Origin: Lachnospiraceae bacterium
GTDB lineage: Bacteria > Bacillota > Clostridia > Lachnospirales > Lachnospiraceae
Length of the DNA: 64,000 nt
Assembly (NCBI GenBank): GCA_036343235.1
Contig: JAZASQ010000002.1
Coordinates: forward strand, 559-64,558
Direction of reading: 5' to 3'
Made by a program: the position numbers and the translations under genes. The notes under the pieces are model-generated. The model was not told the DNA's origin. It was given only the letters and a program-made list of their open reading frames with translations, and did no database searches. Below are positions 37,044-47,048 of the stretch, one piece after another (position 1 is the first letter of the stretch; every line of letters starts with the position of its first letter).

Positions 37044-39515
37044 TTACTTGTAGTCTTCCGGTGTGATTGCTATGCGGTCCAGGTGCCAGATGTCGTCCAC
37101 ATACTCCTGAATCGTCCGGTCGGACGAGAACTTGCCGACAGAGGCCACGTTCATAATGGCCATATGAGCCCAGCGCTCCTTGTCTCTATAGGCATCCTCC
37201 ACCTTCTTCTGGGCGACGGCATAGGACTTGAAGTCAGCCAGGTTGAAATAGGTGTCCGCATACTGGGTACACTGGGTGTTCAGCAGGGAATTGTAGATAT
37301 CCCGGAAAAGCTCCGTGTCCTCGCCACTGTAGAAGCCGTTGATGAGCTGGTTTAAAACCTTGCGGATATCCGGCTCACTGTTGTAGATATCCATGGGATT
37401 GTAGTCCCGCTTGTGTTCGTGCTCGATGACCTCATCAGCGCTCATTCCGAAGATAAAGGCGTTCTCTGCTCCCATCTCCTCGACCATCTCGACATTTGCC
37501 CCGTCCATGGTGCCGATGGTGACAGCCCCGTTCAGCATGAACTTCATATTTCCGGTGCCGGAGGCCTCCTTCGAAGCCGTAGAAATCTGCTCGGAAACAT
37601 CCGATGCGGCAAAGATGATCTCGGCGTTCGAGACGCGGTAGTCCTCAATGAAGACGACTTTTATCTTGTTGTCAATGCTCTTGTCGTTGTTGATGACCCG
37701 GGCGACATTGTTGATAAGTTTGATGGTCAGCTTGGCAATCCGGTAGCCGGCAGCAGCCTTGGCTCCGAAAATGAAGGTCCGGGGAACGAAGGGCATGTCC
37801 GGATTTTCCTTGACCTTGTTGTAGAGGTACATGACGTGCAGAATGTTCAAAAGCTGCCGCTTGTACTCATGCAGGCGCTTGACCTGGACGTCAAAGAGGG
37901 AGTTGGGATTCACGGCAATGCCGTTGTGCTCCTGAATATACTTGGCCAGACGGACCTTGTTCTGGTACTTGATCTCCATAAACTCCTTCTGAGCCTTGGG
38001 GTCATCTGCCAGAGGCTTCAGCTTCTGCATTTGGCTGAGGTCTGTAATCCATCCGTCCCCGATCTCACTTGTCACCCACTTGCTAAGCAGGGGATTTGCG
38101 TGCAGGAGGAACCGTCTCTGGGTGATGCCGTTCGTCTTGTTGTTGAACTTCTTCGGATACATGTCGTAGAAGTCCTTCAGAGACTGTTTCTTCAGAATTT
38201 CCGTATGCAGGCGGGCAACACCGTTGACAGAAAAGCCGGCACAGATGGCCATATTCGCCATCTTCACCTGTCCGTCATGTACGATGGACATGCGGTCGAC
38301 CTTAGCCTGGTCATTGAATACCCGCAGGATATCCAGGCAGAAGCGGCGGTTGATTTCTTCGACGATATTGTATATACGGGGCAGAAGCCTTGCAAAGAGG
38401 TCTACAGGCCACTTCTCAAGGGCCTCACTCATAATGGTGTGATTCGTGTAGGCCACACAGTGGGTCGTAATCTCCCAGGCATCGTCCCAGCCGAGACCTT
38501 CCTCATCCATGAGGAGCCGCATCAGCTCCGGTACCGCCAGAGTCGGATGGGTGTCGTTCATCTGGAAAACGACCTTCTTGGGAAGGTCCATGATATTGTC
38601 GTGGTGCTTCTTGAAGCGCTCAAGAGCCCTCTGCAGAGAGGCAGATACAAAGAAGTACTGCTGCTTCAGACGGAGTTCCTTACCGGACTCGTGGGAGTCA
38701 TTCGGATACAGGACCTCGCACAGAGACCGGGCCAGATTCTCATCCTCCACAGCCTTGACATAGTCGCCACGATCAAAAGACTCGAGGGAGAAGACCTGTT
38801 TGGGCTCGGCGTCCCAGATCATCAGGGAATTGACGATGTGGTTCCCATAGCCGGTGATGGGCATATCATAGGGAACAGCAATGACGGAATTGTACCCTTC
38901 CTGAACGAAGGTCGTGGAACCGTCTTCCTTGGGCACCGCCCGCACATAGCCGCCGAACTTGACTTCATAGGAATATTCGGATCTCTTGAGTTCGAAGGGA
39001 TAGCCGTTCTTCAGCCAGTCATCCGGAATTTCCTTCTGGTAACCATCAGTAATCTTCTGCTTGAACATGCCGTAACGGTAGCGGATGCCGCAGCCGTAGG
39101 CCGCATAGCCCAGGGTGGAAAGAGAGTCGAGGAAGCAGGCCGCCAGACGCCCAAGACCACCGTTTCCGAGGGCCGGGTCCGGTTCCTGATCTTCGATGTA
39201 ATTGATATCTACACCCATCTCCTCGAGGGCTTCCTTCACCGTTTCATAGGAGCAGAGATTGATGAGATTGTTCCCGAGAAGACGGCCGATCAGAAACTCC
39301 ATCGACATATAGTAGACGATTTTCGGATCACTCTTCTCAATTTCGTTCTGGGTGGCAAACCAGTCATCAATGACATAGTCCTTCACTGCCAGGGACACTG
39401 CCTGAAAAACCTCCTCACCGGTCGCTTCCTTAAAGGACTTCCGGTAAAGACGCATGACATTCTCCTGGACGTCCTCTTTGAATTTTTCCTTGTCAATCAC
39501 ACCTGACTGAGTCAT
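37044..39515 (-). CDS. glgP: Glycogen/alpha-glucan phosphorylase
   Basis: PLP-site region EASGTGNMKFMLNGA. The start is set at MTQSG with strong SD GGGGGAGG. The ORF is open to 39602. Confidence 0.9.
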   Translation of the reverse strand: MTQSGVIDKEKFKEDVQENVMRLYRKSFKEATGEEVFQAVSLAVKDYVIDDWFATQNEIEKSDPKIVYYMSMEFLIGRLLGNNLINLCSYETVKEALEEMGVDINYIEDQEPDPALGNGGLGRLAACFLDSLSTLGYAAYGCGIRYRYGMFKQKITDGYQKEIPDDWLKNGYPFELKRSEYSYEVKFGGYVRAVPKEDGSTTFVQEGYNSVIAVPYDMPITGYGNHIVNSLMIWDAEPKQVFSLESFDRGDYVKAVEDENLARSLCEVLYPNDSHESGKELRLKQQYFFVSASLQRALERFKKHHDNIMDLPKKVVFQMNDTHPTLAVPELMRLLMDEEGLGWDDAWEITTHCVAYTNHTIMSEALEKWPVDLFARLLPRIYNIVEEINRRFCLDILRVFNDQAKVDRMSIVHDGQVKMANMAICAGFSVNGVARLHTEILKKQSLKDFYDMYPKKFNNKTNGITQRRFLLHANPLLSKWVTSEIGDGWITDLSQMQKLKPLADDPKAQKEFMEIKYQNKVRLAKYIQEHNGIAVNPNSLFDVQVKRLHEYKRQLLNILHVMYLYNKVKENPDMPFVPRTFIFGAKAAAGYRIAKLTIKLINNVARVINNDKSIDNKIKVVFIEDYRVSNAEIIFAASDVSEQISTASKEASGTGNMKFMLNGAVTIGTMDGANVEMVEEMGAENAFIFGMSADEVIEHEHKRDYNPMDIYNSEPDIRKVLNQLINGFYSGEDTELFRDIYNSLLNTQCTQYADTYFNLADFKSYAVAQKKVEDAYRDKERWAHMAIMNVASVGKFSSDRTIQEYVDDIWHLDRIAITPEDYK

Positions 39516-39620
39516 CTTGACCTCCCCCTTGAACAGGGCCCCGAACTTCGCCGGTCCTTCTTTTGCATTCATCAAAAGGTTCTGAAAAAATCCGCCTGCC
39601 ATTTCCGAAGTGCCCGGTTC

Positions 39621-42600
39621 TCAGGAATTCTTCGAAACGGAAAGCGTGCACTTCTCGCCGTTCAGATTCCAGTCCTTCCTGTAGGAACCGTCCGCACCTT
39701 CATGAATATCTGTTGCCAGTACATCTCTTCCAATCTGTTCTTTGTATTTTACCATGACTTCGGCAATTCTGTCATTTCCTTCATAGCCGAGGGCAATCCG
39801 GTCCATGACTTCAAAACCGGCTTCCTTGCGCATGGTCTGAACCTTCGATACAATTTCGCGCTCGAAGCCCTCGTCGATGAGCTCCGGAGTCAGCCGGATA
39901 TCGAGGGCCACGGTGACATCATTGTCTCCTGCTGCCGCAAAGCCCTCGGAAGACGCCATATCGATCAGAAGGTCCTCCTCCGTCAGCACAATGGAAGGAT
40001 CGATCTCCGGGAAAGCCAACTCCCCGTCCGCTTTCAGTTTCGCATAAGCCTCATTGCCGTTCAGTTCCTTGAGGGCCCCCTGAATCTTTCCGAGGAATTT
40101 TCCGTACTTGGGACCCACGGTCTTGAGCTGGGGCTTGAAGGTATAGTGAGTGAAAGCAGAGATATCGTCCGTAAACTCCATGGCCCGGACGTTCAGCTCG
40201 TCTGTAATGATGTCGGTATAGAAGGTATCCAGGACATTCGGAGCCTTCACATACATCATGGCAAGAGGCTGGCGGTTCTTGATATTCGCCGCATTCCTGG
40301 CAGCCCGGCCGGTGGTTACAATCTTCGATACCTCAGCCATCTTCGCTTCCAGGTCCTTGTCGATATGGGCTTCATTCACCGTCGGATAATCGCAGAGGTG
40401 GATGGATTCCGGTGCGGAAGGATCCGTCGAGCAGACCAGGTTCAGGTAAATTTCCTCTGTCATGAAAGGAATCATGGGGGCAGCTGCCTTGGCAATCGTC
40501 ACAAGGCAGGTATAGAGCGTCATATAGGCATTGACCTTGTCCTGCTCCATGCCCTTGGCCCAGAAGCGGGCCCGGCTGCGGCGGACATACCAGTTCGAGA
40601 GGTCCTCGACGAAGGCCTGCAGGGCTCTTGCCGTCTCGGGAATCCGGTAATTTGCAAGATTCTCATCCGCCTCCTTCACCGTGGAATTCAGACGGGAAAT
40701 GATCCACTTGTCCATGACGGAAAGCTTGTCATAGGAAAGGTCGTACTTCGTCGCATCAAAGCCGTCAATATCCGCATAGAGAACGAAAAAGGCGTAAGTG
40801 TTCCACAGGGTACCGAGGAACTTCCTCTGACCCTCTTCAACAGCCTTGTCATAGAACTTGTTCGGGAGCCAGGGAGCGGAGTTCTCATAGAAGTACCAAC
40901 GGATGGCATCCGCCCCGTACTTGTCCAGGGCATCAAAGGGATCAACGGCATTGCCCTTGCTCTTGCTCATCTTGATGCCGTTTTCATCAAGGACATGACC
41001 GAGAACGATGACATTCTTGTACGGAGCCTTGTGGAAGAGCAGGGTGGACTCAGCCATCAGAGAGTAGAACCAGCCTCTGGTCTGATCCACAGCTTCGGAG
41101 ATAAATTCTGCCGGAAACTGCTGCTCGAAAAGGTCCTTGTTTTCAAAAGGATAATGGTGCTGGGCGAAAGGCATGGCACCGGAATCGAACCAGCAGTCAA
41201 TGACCTCTGGTACCCTTCTCATGGTCTTGCCGCACTTGGGGCACTTATAGGTAAAGTCGTCGATATAAGGGCGGTGAAGCTCCACTGTCAGGGCATCTTC
41301 CCTACCGGTCTTCTCACGGAGCTCAGCCCGGGAACCGATGGGTTCCTGATAACCGCAATCATCACACTCCCAGATATTCAGAGGAGTACCCCAATAGCGG
41401 TTTCTGGAAATTCCCCAGTCCTGAACATTCTCCAGCCACTTGCCGAAGCGGCCTTCACCGATGCCCTTGGGAATCCAGTTCACGGTATTGTTGTTCGCGA
41501 CAAGTTCATCCTTCACAGCCGTCATCTTGATGAACCAGGAGGAACGCGCATAGTAGATAAGGGGTGTATCACAGCGCCAGCAATGGGGATATTCGTGCTC
41601 GAACTTAGGGGCGGCAAAGAGGAGCTTCTTTGCGGAGAGGTCCTTCAGGACTTCGGGATCCGCACTGACAGCGCCCTTCTTCATTTCCTCTTCCGTCGGC
41701 TTGCAGCGCATTCCGGCAAAAGGGGTCTCGGGCTTCATGCGGCCCTGATCGTCAACCATCTGTACCAGAGGGAGATTGTAGTTTCTTCCAATCCGGGCAT
41801 CGTCTTCACCGAAAGCCGGTGCGATATGGACAATTCCGGTACCGTCGGTCATGGTGACGTAAGTGTCGCAGGTGATGAAGAAAGCCTTGCCATGAGCCTT
41901 CTCGACCGCATCAGCTGCGCACTGATAAAGAGGCTCATATTCACGGTGCTCAAGGTCGGAACCCTTGTATGTCTCAAGTGTCTCGTAAGCAGGCTTGCCG
42001 TCTTCTGCGAGGGGGGCCAGAACCGTATCGGCCAGAGCCTGGGCCAGGATATAAGTATAGCCGTCAGCTGCCTTGACCTTTACATAGGTCTCATCCGGGT
42101 TCACGCAGAGGGCAATATTCGAAGGCAGGGTCCATGGGGTCGTGGTCCATGCCAGATAGTAGAGGTCCTCATCCTTGGCCTTGAAACGGACGATGGCCGA
42201 GCGCTCCTTCAGAGTCTTATAGCCCTGGGCCACTTCCTGTGCGGAAAGAGGAGTCCCGCAGCGGGGGCAGTAGGGAACAACTTTGAATCCCTTGTAGAGA
42301 AGTCCTTTGTTCCAGATCTCCTCAAGGGCCCACCACTCGGACTCAATGAAATTGTCATCATATGTAATGTAGGGATTCTTCATGTCGGCCCAGAATCCGA
42401 CCTGACCGGAGAATTTCTCCCACATGCCCTTGTACTTCCAGACGGACTCCTTGCACTTCTGGATGAAGGGCTCCATTCCGTAGGCTTCAATCTGTTCCTT
42501 CCCGTTCAGGCCGAGTTCCTTCTCGACTGCAATCTCGACGGGCAGGCCGTGGGTATCCCAGCCGGCCTTCCGGGGAACGTACTTCCCCTTCATGGTCTGA

Positions 42601-42812
42601 TAGCGGGGAATCATGTCCTTAATGACACGAGTCAGGACATGGCCGATATGGGGTTTGCCATTGGCAGTAGGCGGGCCGTCATAGAAGGTATAGGTCTCCC
42701 CCTTCTTCCGGCTGTCCATGCTCTTCTCGAAGATGTCGTGGGTGTCCCAGTACTCTTCAATCTCCTTCTCCCGGTCCACAAAGTTCAGGTCCGTGTCTAC
42801 TTTTCTGTACAT
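39621..42812 (-). CDS. ileS: Isoleucine--tRNA ligase (long, type 2-like)
   Basis: HIGH (PTANGKPHIGH) and KMSKS motifs. The start is set at MYRKVDTDLNFVDREKEIEEYW. The ORF is open to 42923. Confidence 0.92.
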   Translation of the reverse strand: MYRKVDTDLNFVDREKEIEEYWDTHDIFEKSMDSRKKGETYTFYDGPPTANGKPHIGHVLTRVIKDMIPRYQTMKGKYVPRKAGWDTHGLPVEIAVEKELGLNGKEQIEAYGMEPFIQKCKESVWKYKGMWEKFSGQVGFWADMKNPYITYDDNFIESEWWALEEIWNKGLLYKGFKVVPYCPRCGTPLSAQEVAQGYKTLKERSAIVRFKAKDEDLYYLAWTTTPWTLPSNIALCVNPDETYVKVKAADGYTYILAQALADTVLAPLAEDGKPAYETLETYKGSDLEHREYEPLYQCAADAVEKAHGKAFFITCDTYVTMTDGTGIVHIAPAFGEDDARIGRNYNLPLVQMVDDQGRMKPETPFAGMRCKPTEEEMKKGAVSADPEVLKDLSAKKLLFAAPKFEHEYPHCWRCDTPLIYYARSSWFIKMTAVKDELVANNNTVNWIPKGIGEGRFGKWLENVQDWGISRNRYWGTPLNIWECDDCGYQEPIGSRAELREKTGREDALTVELHRPYIDDFTYKCPKCGKTMRRVPEVIDCWFDSGAMPFAQHHYPFENKDLFEQQFPAEFISEAVDQTRGWFYSLMAESTLLFHKAPYKNVIVLGHVLDENGIKMSKSKGNAVDPFDALDKYGADAIRWYFYENSAPWLPNKFYDKAVEEGQRKFLGTLWNTYAFFVLYADIDGFDATKYDLSYDKLSVMDKWIISRLNSTVKEADENLANYRIPETARALQAFVEDLSNWYVRRSRARFWAKGMEQDKVNAYMTLYTCLVTIAKAAAPMIPFMTEEIYLNLVCSTDPSAPESIHLCDYPTVNEAHIDKDLEAKMAEVSKIVTTGRAARNAANIKNRQPLAMMYVKAPNVLDTFYTDIITDELNVRAMEFTDDISAFTHYTFKPQLKTVGPKYGKFLGKIQGALKELNGNEAYAKLKADGELAFPEIDPSIVLTEEDLLIDMASSEGFAAAGDNDVTVALDIRLTPELIDEGFEREIVSKVQTMRKEAGFEVMDRIALGYEGNDRIAEVMVKYKEQIGRDVLATDIHEGADGSYRKDWNLNGEKCTLSVSKNS

Positions 42813-42947
42813 CGTCTTTTCAGTAATCCTTTCCTGTATTTTCATGCTACCGCACACCGGAAAAATTCCGGAAGCGATAACAGCAGAACCAAAGTGCAGT
42901 CTGCAGCGGTACACGAAAATCACACCGTCTGCAAAATCCGAAAATTC

Positions 42948-43487
42948 TCAGTCGTAGTCGTCAAGTATATCTCCGTAAAAGTCCTCTATGGCGTCATTGT
43001 ACTCTTCTATGATTTCCTCCTGGGTGGGTGGATGGGCCTGAAAACTCTGTACCAGGGGACTTGCCATGATGACGGCTATGCTGGCTATCAGAAGAACTAT
43101 AGAGACAATTCCGGTCACGATCCCGGTAACGGCAAATCCGCGGTCCACCGGCTCGTAACTCACAAGATATACGATGCCCAGAACTATAGCAGCGATCGCC
43201 AGAGGGATATTGATGAAGCTGCAGAAGAGAGCTACGGCACAGATACCGAGGGCCATGGAAGCCACAGCCATGCCTGTACCGACCCGTTTCCCATGGGGGC
43301 CTCTCGGAACTGCTCCGTAGGGATTGTAGGGATTCGGTCCCTGAGGACCATAACCGTTCGGGCCCTGAGGTCCGTAGCCGCTCGGATTCTGGCCCTGCGG
43401 ACCATATTCCGGGCCCTGAGGTCCATTTCCCGGGCCCTGAGGTCTGTAACCGTTCGGCCCATAGGGATTGTAATTCTGATCGTCCAT
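42948..43487 (-). CDS. Membrane protein with a Pro/Gly/Gln/Asn-rich repeat N-terminus (DUF4190-like)
   Basis: GPQGPxxYGPQG repeats, then 3-4 TM helices, then an acidic C-terminus. Confidence 0.55.
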   Translation of the reverse strand: MDDQNYNPYGPNGYRPQGPGNGPQGPEYGPQGQNPSGYGPQGPNGYGPQGPNPYNPYGAVPRGPHGKRVGTGMAVASMALGICAVALFCSFINIPLAIAAIVLGIVYLVSYEPVDRGFAVTGIVTGIVSIVLLIASIAVIMASPLVQSFQAHPPTQEEIIEEYNDAIEDFYGDILDDYD

Positions 43488-43505
43488 GAAAATATTTCCT
43501 TCCGG

Positions 43506-43802
43506 TCAATGGGCTTTCAGGTCATCACCGCCCAGTGAAAGGATCGACCGGTATACTGCCATTCCGATGAAATAGAGGAGCCAGATGAGAAGGTAAATGG
43601 CCGCAATGATCAGGGCCGTTTTCATAACACGGCTGCTCCTGAAATGCAGCCCGTGAATGACAGCAAGGACCAGAACACCGATTGCAGCAAGAAGCCCCGG
43701 CCACTTATATATGGTCAGGGGCCAGGCGGCAATGGCCAAGACAAGAGCTACTGCCGAAAGGATTCGTCCTGCTGCGCTGCTCATATACTTCACTGCTCCC
43801 AT
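43506..43802 (-). CDS. Hypothetical small integral membrane protein
   Basis: 98 aa with three predicted TM helices. Confidence 0.45.
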   Translation of the reverse strand: MGAVKYMSSAAGRILSAVALVLAIAAWPLTIYKWPGLLAAIGVLVLAVIHGLHFRSSRVMKTALIIAAIYLLIWLLYFIGMAVYRSILSLGGDDLKAH

Positions 43803-43843
43803 GAAAAACCATTAATGAAGGATAACACAAGAGGGCCCTTCTT

Positions 43844-44839
43844 TCAATCAGAAAGGGGCTTGGAGAAAAAGGTAAGGATTGTATCATAGTATTCTGCCCG
43901 CTCCGGGGGTGTAGCATTATATATCTCATGCCCTGATTCCGGGAATACCCTGTGCTCAGCTGTCCGGCACCTCTTCAGAAATTTCTCCTGGCCCTGTGCT
44001 GTCACCATATGGTCCTGCCCGGCTGTCAACATGAGAACCGGCGTCCGGACCCGGTCTGCCCTCTTCACACAGGTCTTCATCCCGTGCAGGGAAGCCTTGC
44101 CCCAGGCATAACAGCCTCCGTAGCAGCGGTTGCCCGGGACCTTTTCCCGGCTTTCAAACATGTGGTCATAGCGGACCTTGGACTTCATGCTGGACTTCGG
44201 CCAGGTCACGACATCGTCGAAGCCGTGCTGACCAGGCAGGTAGGTCTTGTCTTTTTTCAAAATGTCCGCCCTCAGGATGGCCGCATAAACTGCAACCATG
44301 GGCAGGCCTCCCCAGTCCAGGGACATCATGGGAGAGGAAAGAAGGGCCCGGTCAAAGAGGTCCGGATAGTCTTCAAGGGTCCGGGCCACAATACAGCCGC
44401 CCATGGAGTGGCCGAAGGCCATCAGGGGGCGGATCTTCGACTTTTCTTTCACGACATTCTCCGTGAAATCATGAAAGTCCCGTACATAGTCGTCAAAAGA
44501 AGCTACATAGACCATATCCGGATCCATATCCTTATATACCCGCTCGGAAGCCCCGTGGCCCCTCGCTTCCAAAAGAAATACAGCAAACCCGGCCCGGTAG
44601 TAGTAGTAGAACATCTCCGAGAGCTTGTCGAAGAACTCGCAGAAGCCATGCTCCATGACGACGGTCCCTTTCGGCCCCTCCGGAATCGCGTAGTAGTAGG
44701 ACAGAGAAAGACCGTCAGCTGCCTTCATATATTCATGGACCACATGATCCCGGATGAAGTCCGCCACTTCACCCTCCATGCGTTCCTTGTAATCATCGTC
44801 CCCCAGAAAAAAGCCTTCCGCCTTCCAGATATCGTTCAT
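43844..44839 (-). CDS. Alpha/beta hydrolase (lysophospholipase/monoacylglycerol lipase-like)
   Basis: Nucleophile elbow GHSMGG. The start is tentatively at MNDIW with SD GAAGGG. The ORF is open to 44851. Confidence 0.75.
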   Translation of the reverse strand: MNDIWKAEGFFLGDDDYKERMEGEVADFIRDHVVHEYMKAADGLSLSYYYAIPEGPKGTVVMEHGFCEFFDKLSEMFYYYYRAGFAVFLLEARGHGASERVYKDMDPDMVYVASFDDYVRDFHDFTENVVKEKSKIRPLMAFGHSMGGCIVARTLEDYPDLFDRALLSSPMMSLDWGGLPMVAVYAAILRADILKKDKTYLPGQHGFDDVVTWPKSSMKSKVRYDHMFESREKVPGNRCYGGCYAWGKASLHGMKTCVKRADRVRTPVLMLTAGQDHMVTAQGQEKFLKRCRTAEHRVFPESGHEIYNATPPERAEYYDTILTFFSKPLSD

Positions 44840-44863
44840 ACCCTTCACCATATTCGAATCATA

Positions 44864-44879
44864 TCAAACATATGTTTGA
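44864..44879. promoter_or_regulatory. Perfect 16-bp palindrome TCAAACATATGTTTGA (candidate operator)
   Basis: Read directly from the sequence. It lies 13-25 nt upstream of the hydrolase start codons. Confidence 0.4.
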
Positions 44880-44949
44880 ATTGTCAACTGTCTTTGGACC
44901 GGACAGACATAGAGCCAAAGCTGTCCGGCAAAGCAAAGACAATCCGCCG

Positions 44950-44982
44950 AAAAGAAAAGGGCGCGAAGAGACCCCGCGCCCT
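44950..44982 (-). terminator. Rho-independent terminator after the MCP-PBP gene
   Basis: AGGGCGCG...CGCGCCCU followed by UUUCUUUUC. Confidence 0.7.
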
Positions 44983-45001
44983 ACACTCGTCATATAAATA
45001 T

Positions 45002-46924
45002 TCAACCGGAATAAATATCGAGGTTTGCCCGGTTGACCGCATAAGTACCCGTATCGCGGTACCTGTCCACGGGTTTTCCGGCCAGGGAATCCGCCAGCAT
45101 TTCGAGCGTCACAACGCCCCAGAGCTCGTTGTGCTGGGCAATGCCGTCGGAGATGTAACCGTCCCGGATGTAAGGCTCCATACCCTTCGTGAAATCGACA
45201 GTAACCACAGCAAAGTCCTTGTCCGGATGCTGTTTCAGATACTCACCGTAGTGCAGGCCCCAGGCCACATTCGTGGCAAAGACACCCTCGATATCGGGAT
45301 GATTCTCCAGAAGGCCTTCAATATAGCGCTGAGCTTCTTCTTCCGTGGGTTCGCCGGGAATATCGTACTCAACCACATCGAGACCGGCCGCTTTCGCCCG
45401 GTCGATAAATCCCTTGGCCCGGGCCTCCACCATATCGAGATGGGTATCGGACCACATACCGATAGCCACCTTGCCGGAAGTGCCGATTTCCCGCACCATG
45501 GCATCCGCACCGCTTGCTCCGCAGGCGATGGAATCCGTCCCGACCTCGGAAATATAGGGAACATCGTCAAATACAGACTGAAGGAAAATAATCTTCACCC
45601 CCGCATCGGATGCTGCTTTCACTGCCTTGTGAACCGCCGGATGATTGAAAGGGGAAATCACGATGGCATTGAAGCCATCCGCCACGGCCTTGTCCACGTA
45701 GCCGGCCATGAGCTGAGCGCCCTCTTCCCCACGGACCGCAGGAGCATCAATCCGGATGTCGTAGTCAAGAATCTTCGCCGCCTTCTCAGCCTCCCGGTTC
45801 GTTGGATCCCAGAAGGGGTCGTCAATATCCCAGATAAACTCGACCTTCGTCTTCGGAGGACGATTGTCCACCGTCTTCACCCGATTCGTCAGGGAGGAAA
45901 CGGCATCCAGCTTCTCCTGCAGGCTCTGTGTCTGCTTCGTAAGGAAGCCCGTCGTCTGATCCTGTTTTCCGGCAAGGGAGATGATCTGCTGCACCGTCGC
46001 GGAAAACTCTTCGACAACGGTCTGAATATTCGACACAGAATCAACGAGGTGCTGCTTCTCATCCCCGAGGGAAGAGAACTCCTCCCCGAATTTCTTCTGG
46101 CTTTCAATAAACTCATCCGTCGTATCGTGGATGGTCCCCATGGCATCGGCCACCTTCGAAACGACTGTATCCTGCTGGGTAAAGGTCTCCTGGGACTCGT
46201 CCATGACCTTCTTCAGATTGTCAAGCTCTCCGGTGATGTCTTCTATAGAAGTATTGATATTCTCGGAAGCCTCCCGGCTTTCCTCGGAAAGCTTGCGGAC
46301 TTCTTCCGCAACAACAGCGAAGCCTTTGCCTGCCTCTCCCGCCCGGGCTGCCTCTATGGAAGCGTTCAGGGCCAGGAGGTTCGTTTGGGAGGCGAGGTTG
46401 AAGAGAACCTGAGTCACATCACTGATGGACTGGATTTTTTCAACCAGCTTCGAAAGCTCGCTTGTGATGTGGCCGAGGGCCTCGGAATTCTTCTTCGTAT
46501 TCTCCCTGAGGTCCGTAACCGCGGCAAGGCCGTCATTGTTCTGCCCGTCCATGGTGACAGCCATATCGATGAGGGAATCGGACTCCTGCTGCATGGACGT
46601 AATCAGATTCGAGAAGTGGTCCGTGACTTCGATCGAGGCATTGACATCGGCCGTCTGCTTCTCAACTCCGGAATTGATAACGCCGGCAATTTTCTTAAGA
46701 CCCGCTGTACTCTCCGTGATTTCTTCCACCATGCCGGACAGTTTTCCTGCGGCGGAAACCGCGTCGGCATTGTCTTCCTTCAACTGTCCGAAAAAATCCC
46801 GGTACTGGCGGTAGAGTTCTGCCATCGCCCCGCTGTCCGGCACCTCTTCAAGATAATTCATCTGACGAATGCGCTGCAAAAGTTCCGAAGAATCTTCCCC
46901 TTTACCTTTTCCGAAAAGCCCCAT
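45002..46924 (-). CDS. Soluble methyl-accepting chemotaxis protein fused to a C-terminal periplasmic-binding-protein type 1 (sugar-binding) domain
   Basis: I see no hydrophobic TM segment. The N-terminal two-fifths holds the MA domain ([35 protein letters not shown]). The C-terminal 270 aa or so resemble RbsB/LacI-type PBP1 ([12 protein letters not shown]...KIIFLQS...). Confidence 0.8.
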   Translation of the reverse strand: MGLFGKGKGEDSSELLQRIRQMNYLEEVPDSGAMAELYRQYRDFFGQLKEDNADAVSAAGKLSGMVEEITESTAGLKKIAGVINSGVEKQTADVNASIEVTDHFSNLITSMQQESDSLIDMAVTMDGQNNDGLAAVTDLRENTKKNSEALGHITSELSKLVEKIQSISDVTQVLFNLASQTNLLALNASIEAARAGEAGKGFAVVAEEVRKLSEESREASENINTSIEDITGELDNLKKVMDESQETFTQQDTVVSKVADAMGTIHDTTDEFIESQKKFGEEFSSLGDEKQHLVDSVSNIQTVVEEFSATVQQIISLAGKQDQTTGFLTKQTQSLQEKLDAVSSLTNRVKTVDNRPPKTKVEFIWDIDDPFWDPTNREAEKAAKILDYDIRIDAPAVRGEEGAQLMAGYVDKAVADGFNAIVISPFNHPAVHKAVKAASDAGVKIIFLQSVFDDVPYISEVGTDSIACGASGADAMVREIGTSGKVAIGMWSDTHLDMVEARAKGFIDRAKAAGLDVVEYDIPGEPTEEEAQRYIEGLLENHPDIEGVFATNVAWGLHYGEYLKQHPDKDFAVVTVDFTKGMEPYIRDGYISDGIAQHNELWGVVTLEMLADSLAGKPVDRYRDTGTYAVNRANLDIYSG

Positions 46925-47002
46925 AGTATAAAACCCCTTTCACATACGGGAACCCTTTCACATTAGAGTTCATTCTAGCACAACAGAAAGTACGCCACAA
47001 CG

Positions 47003-47029
47003 AAAAATGCCTGCCCCGGAGGGCAGGCA
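47003..47029 (-). terminator. Rho-independent terminator after typA
   Basis: UGCCUGCCC-UCCG-GGGCAGGCA followed by UUUUU. Confidence 0.75.
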
Positions 47030-47048
47030 CATTATTACTAAATATAAG

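Noticed and set aside
37413-39506. 697-aa plus-strand ORF.
   Set aside because: It is antisense to glgP, whose identity is unambiguous. Its composition is characteristic of a shadow ORF.
42813-42947. T-box leader upstream of ileS.
   Set aside because: Only about 135 nt are available before the upstream gene's stop. There is no AGAGA/GNUGGUACCGCG-type T-box sequence and no specifier-loop architecture. GUGUACCGCUGC is only a weak resemblance.
39702-43538. 1278-aa plus-strand ORF.
   Set aside because: It runs entirely antisense to ileS and the two downstream membrane-protein genes. The translation is low-complexity (Gly/Arg/Leu/Val-rich) with no recognisable motif. It is a typical stop-poor antisense frame in GC-rich coding DNA.
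43952-46966. 1004-aa plus-strand ORF.
   Set aside because: It is antisense to the alpha/beta hydrolase and MCP-PBP genes. It has no motifs and no SD, and it spans a terminator and an intergenic region.
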